Assembly: GCF_044704955.1 (NCBI RefSeq) | Contig: NC_091992.1 | Location: forward strand, 29,264,001 to 29,328,000 | Reading direction: 5' to 3' | Length of the DNA: 64,000 nt | Source of the DNA: Pristiophorus japonicus | Lineage: Eukaryota | Part shown: positions 63,904 through 64,000 of the stretch, one piece after another | Position numbering within the stretch: position 1 is the first letter of the stretch | Layout: every line of letters starts with the position of its first letter | Notes under the pieces: model-generated | Seen by the model: the letters and a program-made list of their open reading frames with translations, nothing else | What the model was told of the DNA's origin: nothing | Database searches by the model: none | Made by a program: the position numbers and the translations under genes

Positions 63904-64000
63904 TTACCTGCTCGACTTCAGAAAGTCACTTCTCAGTAGTCGGTAAAAGAGCACAATGTTCATCAAAGTCATGATGGCCATCCCCACACTGCCGATGCTG
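63904..64000 (-). CDS. TLCD2: 3' end of a TLC-domain membrane protein gene (TLCD2-like), partial
   Basis: Minus strand reads SIGSVGMAIMTLMNIVLFYRLLRSDFLKSSR*: a last TM helix plus the RLLRSDF motif I recall from TLCD1/TLCD2. AT-rich 3'UTR-like sequence follows at ~62600-63880. Confidence 0.7.
   Translation of the reverse strand, partial: SIGSVGMAIMTLMNIVLFYRLLRSDFLKSSR

Overview
Vertebrate genomic DNA. The repeat content (CR1/L2/RTE LINEs, Deu-type tRNA-SINEs, many Harbinger elements) points to a cartilaginous fish, probably a shark; this is an inference. Most of the window is one previously fragmented-looking gene on the + strand. By hand I assembled 12 GT-AG coding exons (702..58861) whose phases join into a 588-aa calpain with an intact Cys/His/Asn triad and a CBSW (domain III) domain. 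It has no penta-EF-hand or C2 domain and has an N-terminal MGNSCSC dual-acylation motif. Its introns hold a full-length CR1 with both ORFs open and a 9x83-bp TATA-containing 5' tandem array, several truncated CR1s, L2 and RTE fragments, and internally deleted RTE derivatives. They also hold one decayed two-gene Harbinger, two TIR-bounded Harbinger derivatives carrying only the Myb/SANT gene, MITEs, solo LTRs and an intronic tRNA-Thr(AGT). The window ends in the 3' coding end of a convergent TLC-domain gene (TLCD2-like). All alignments and translations were done by eye; no database search was run.
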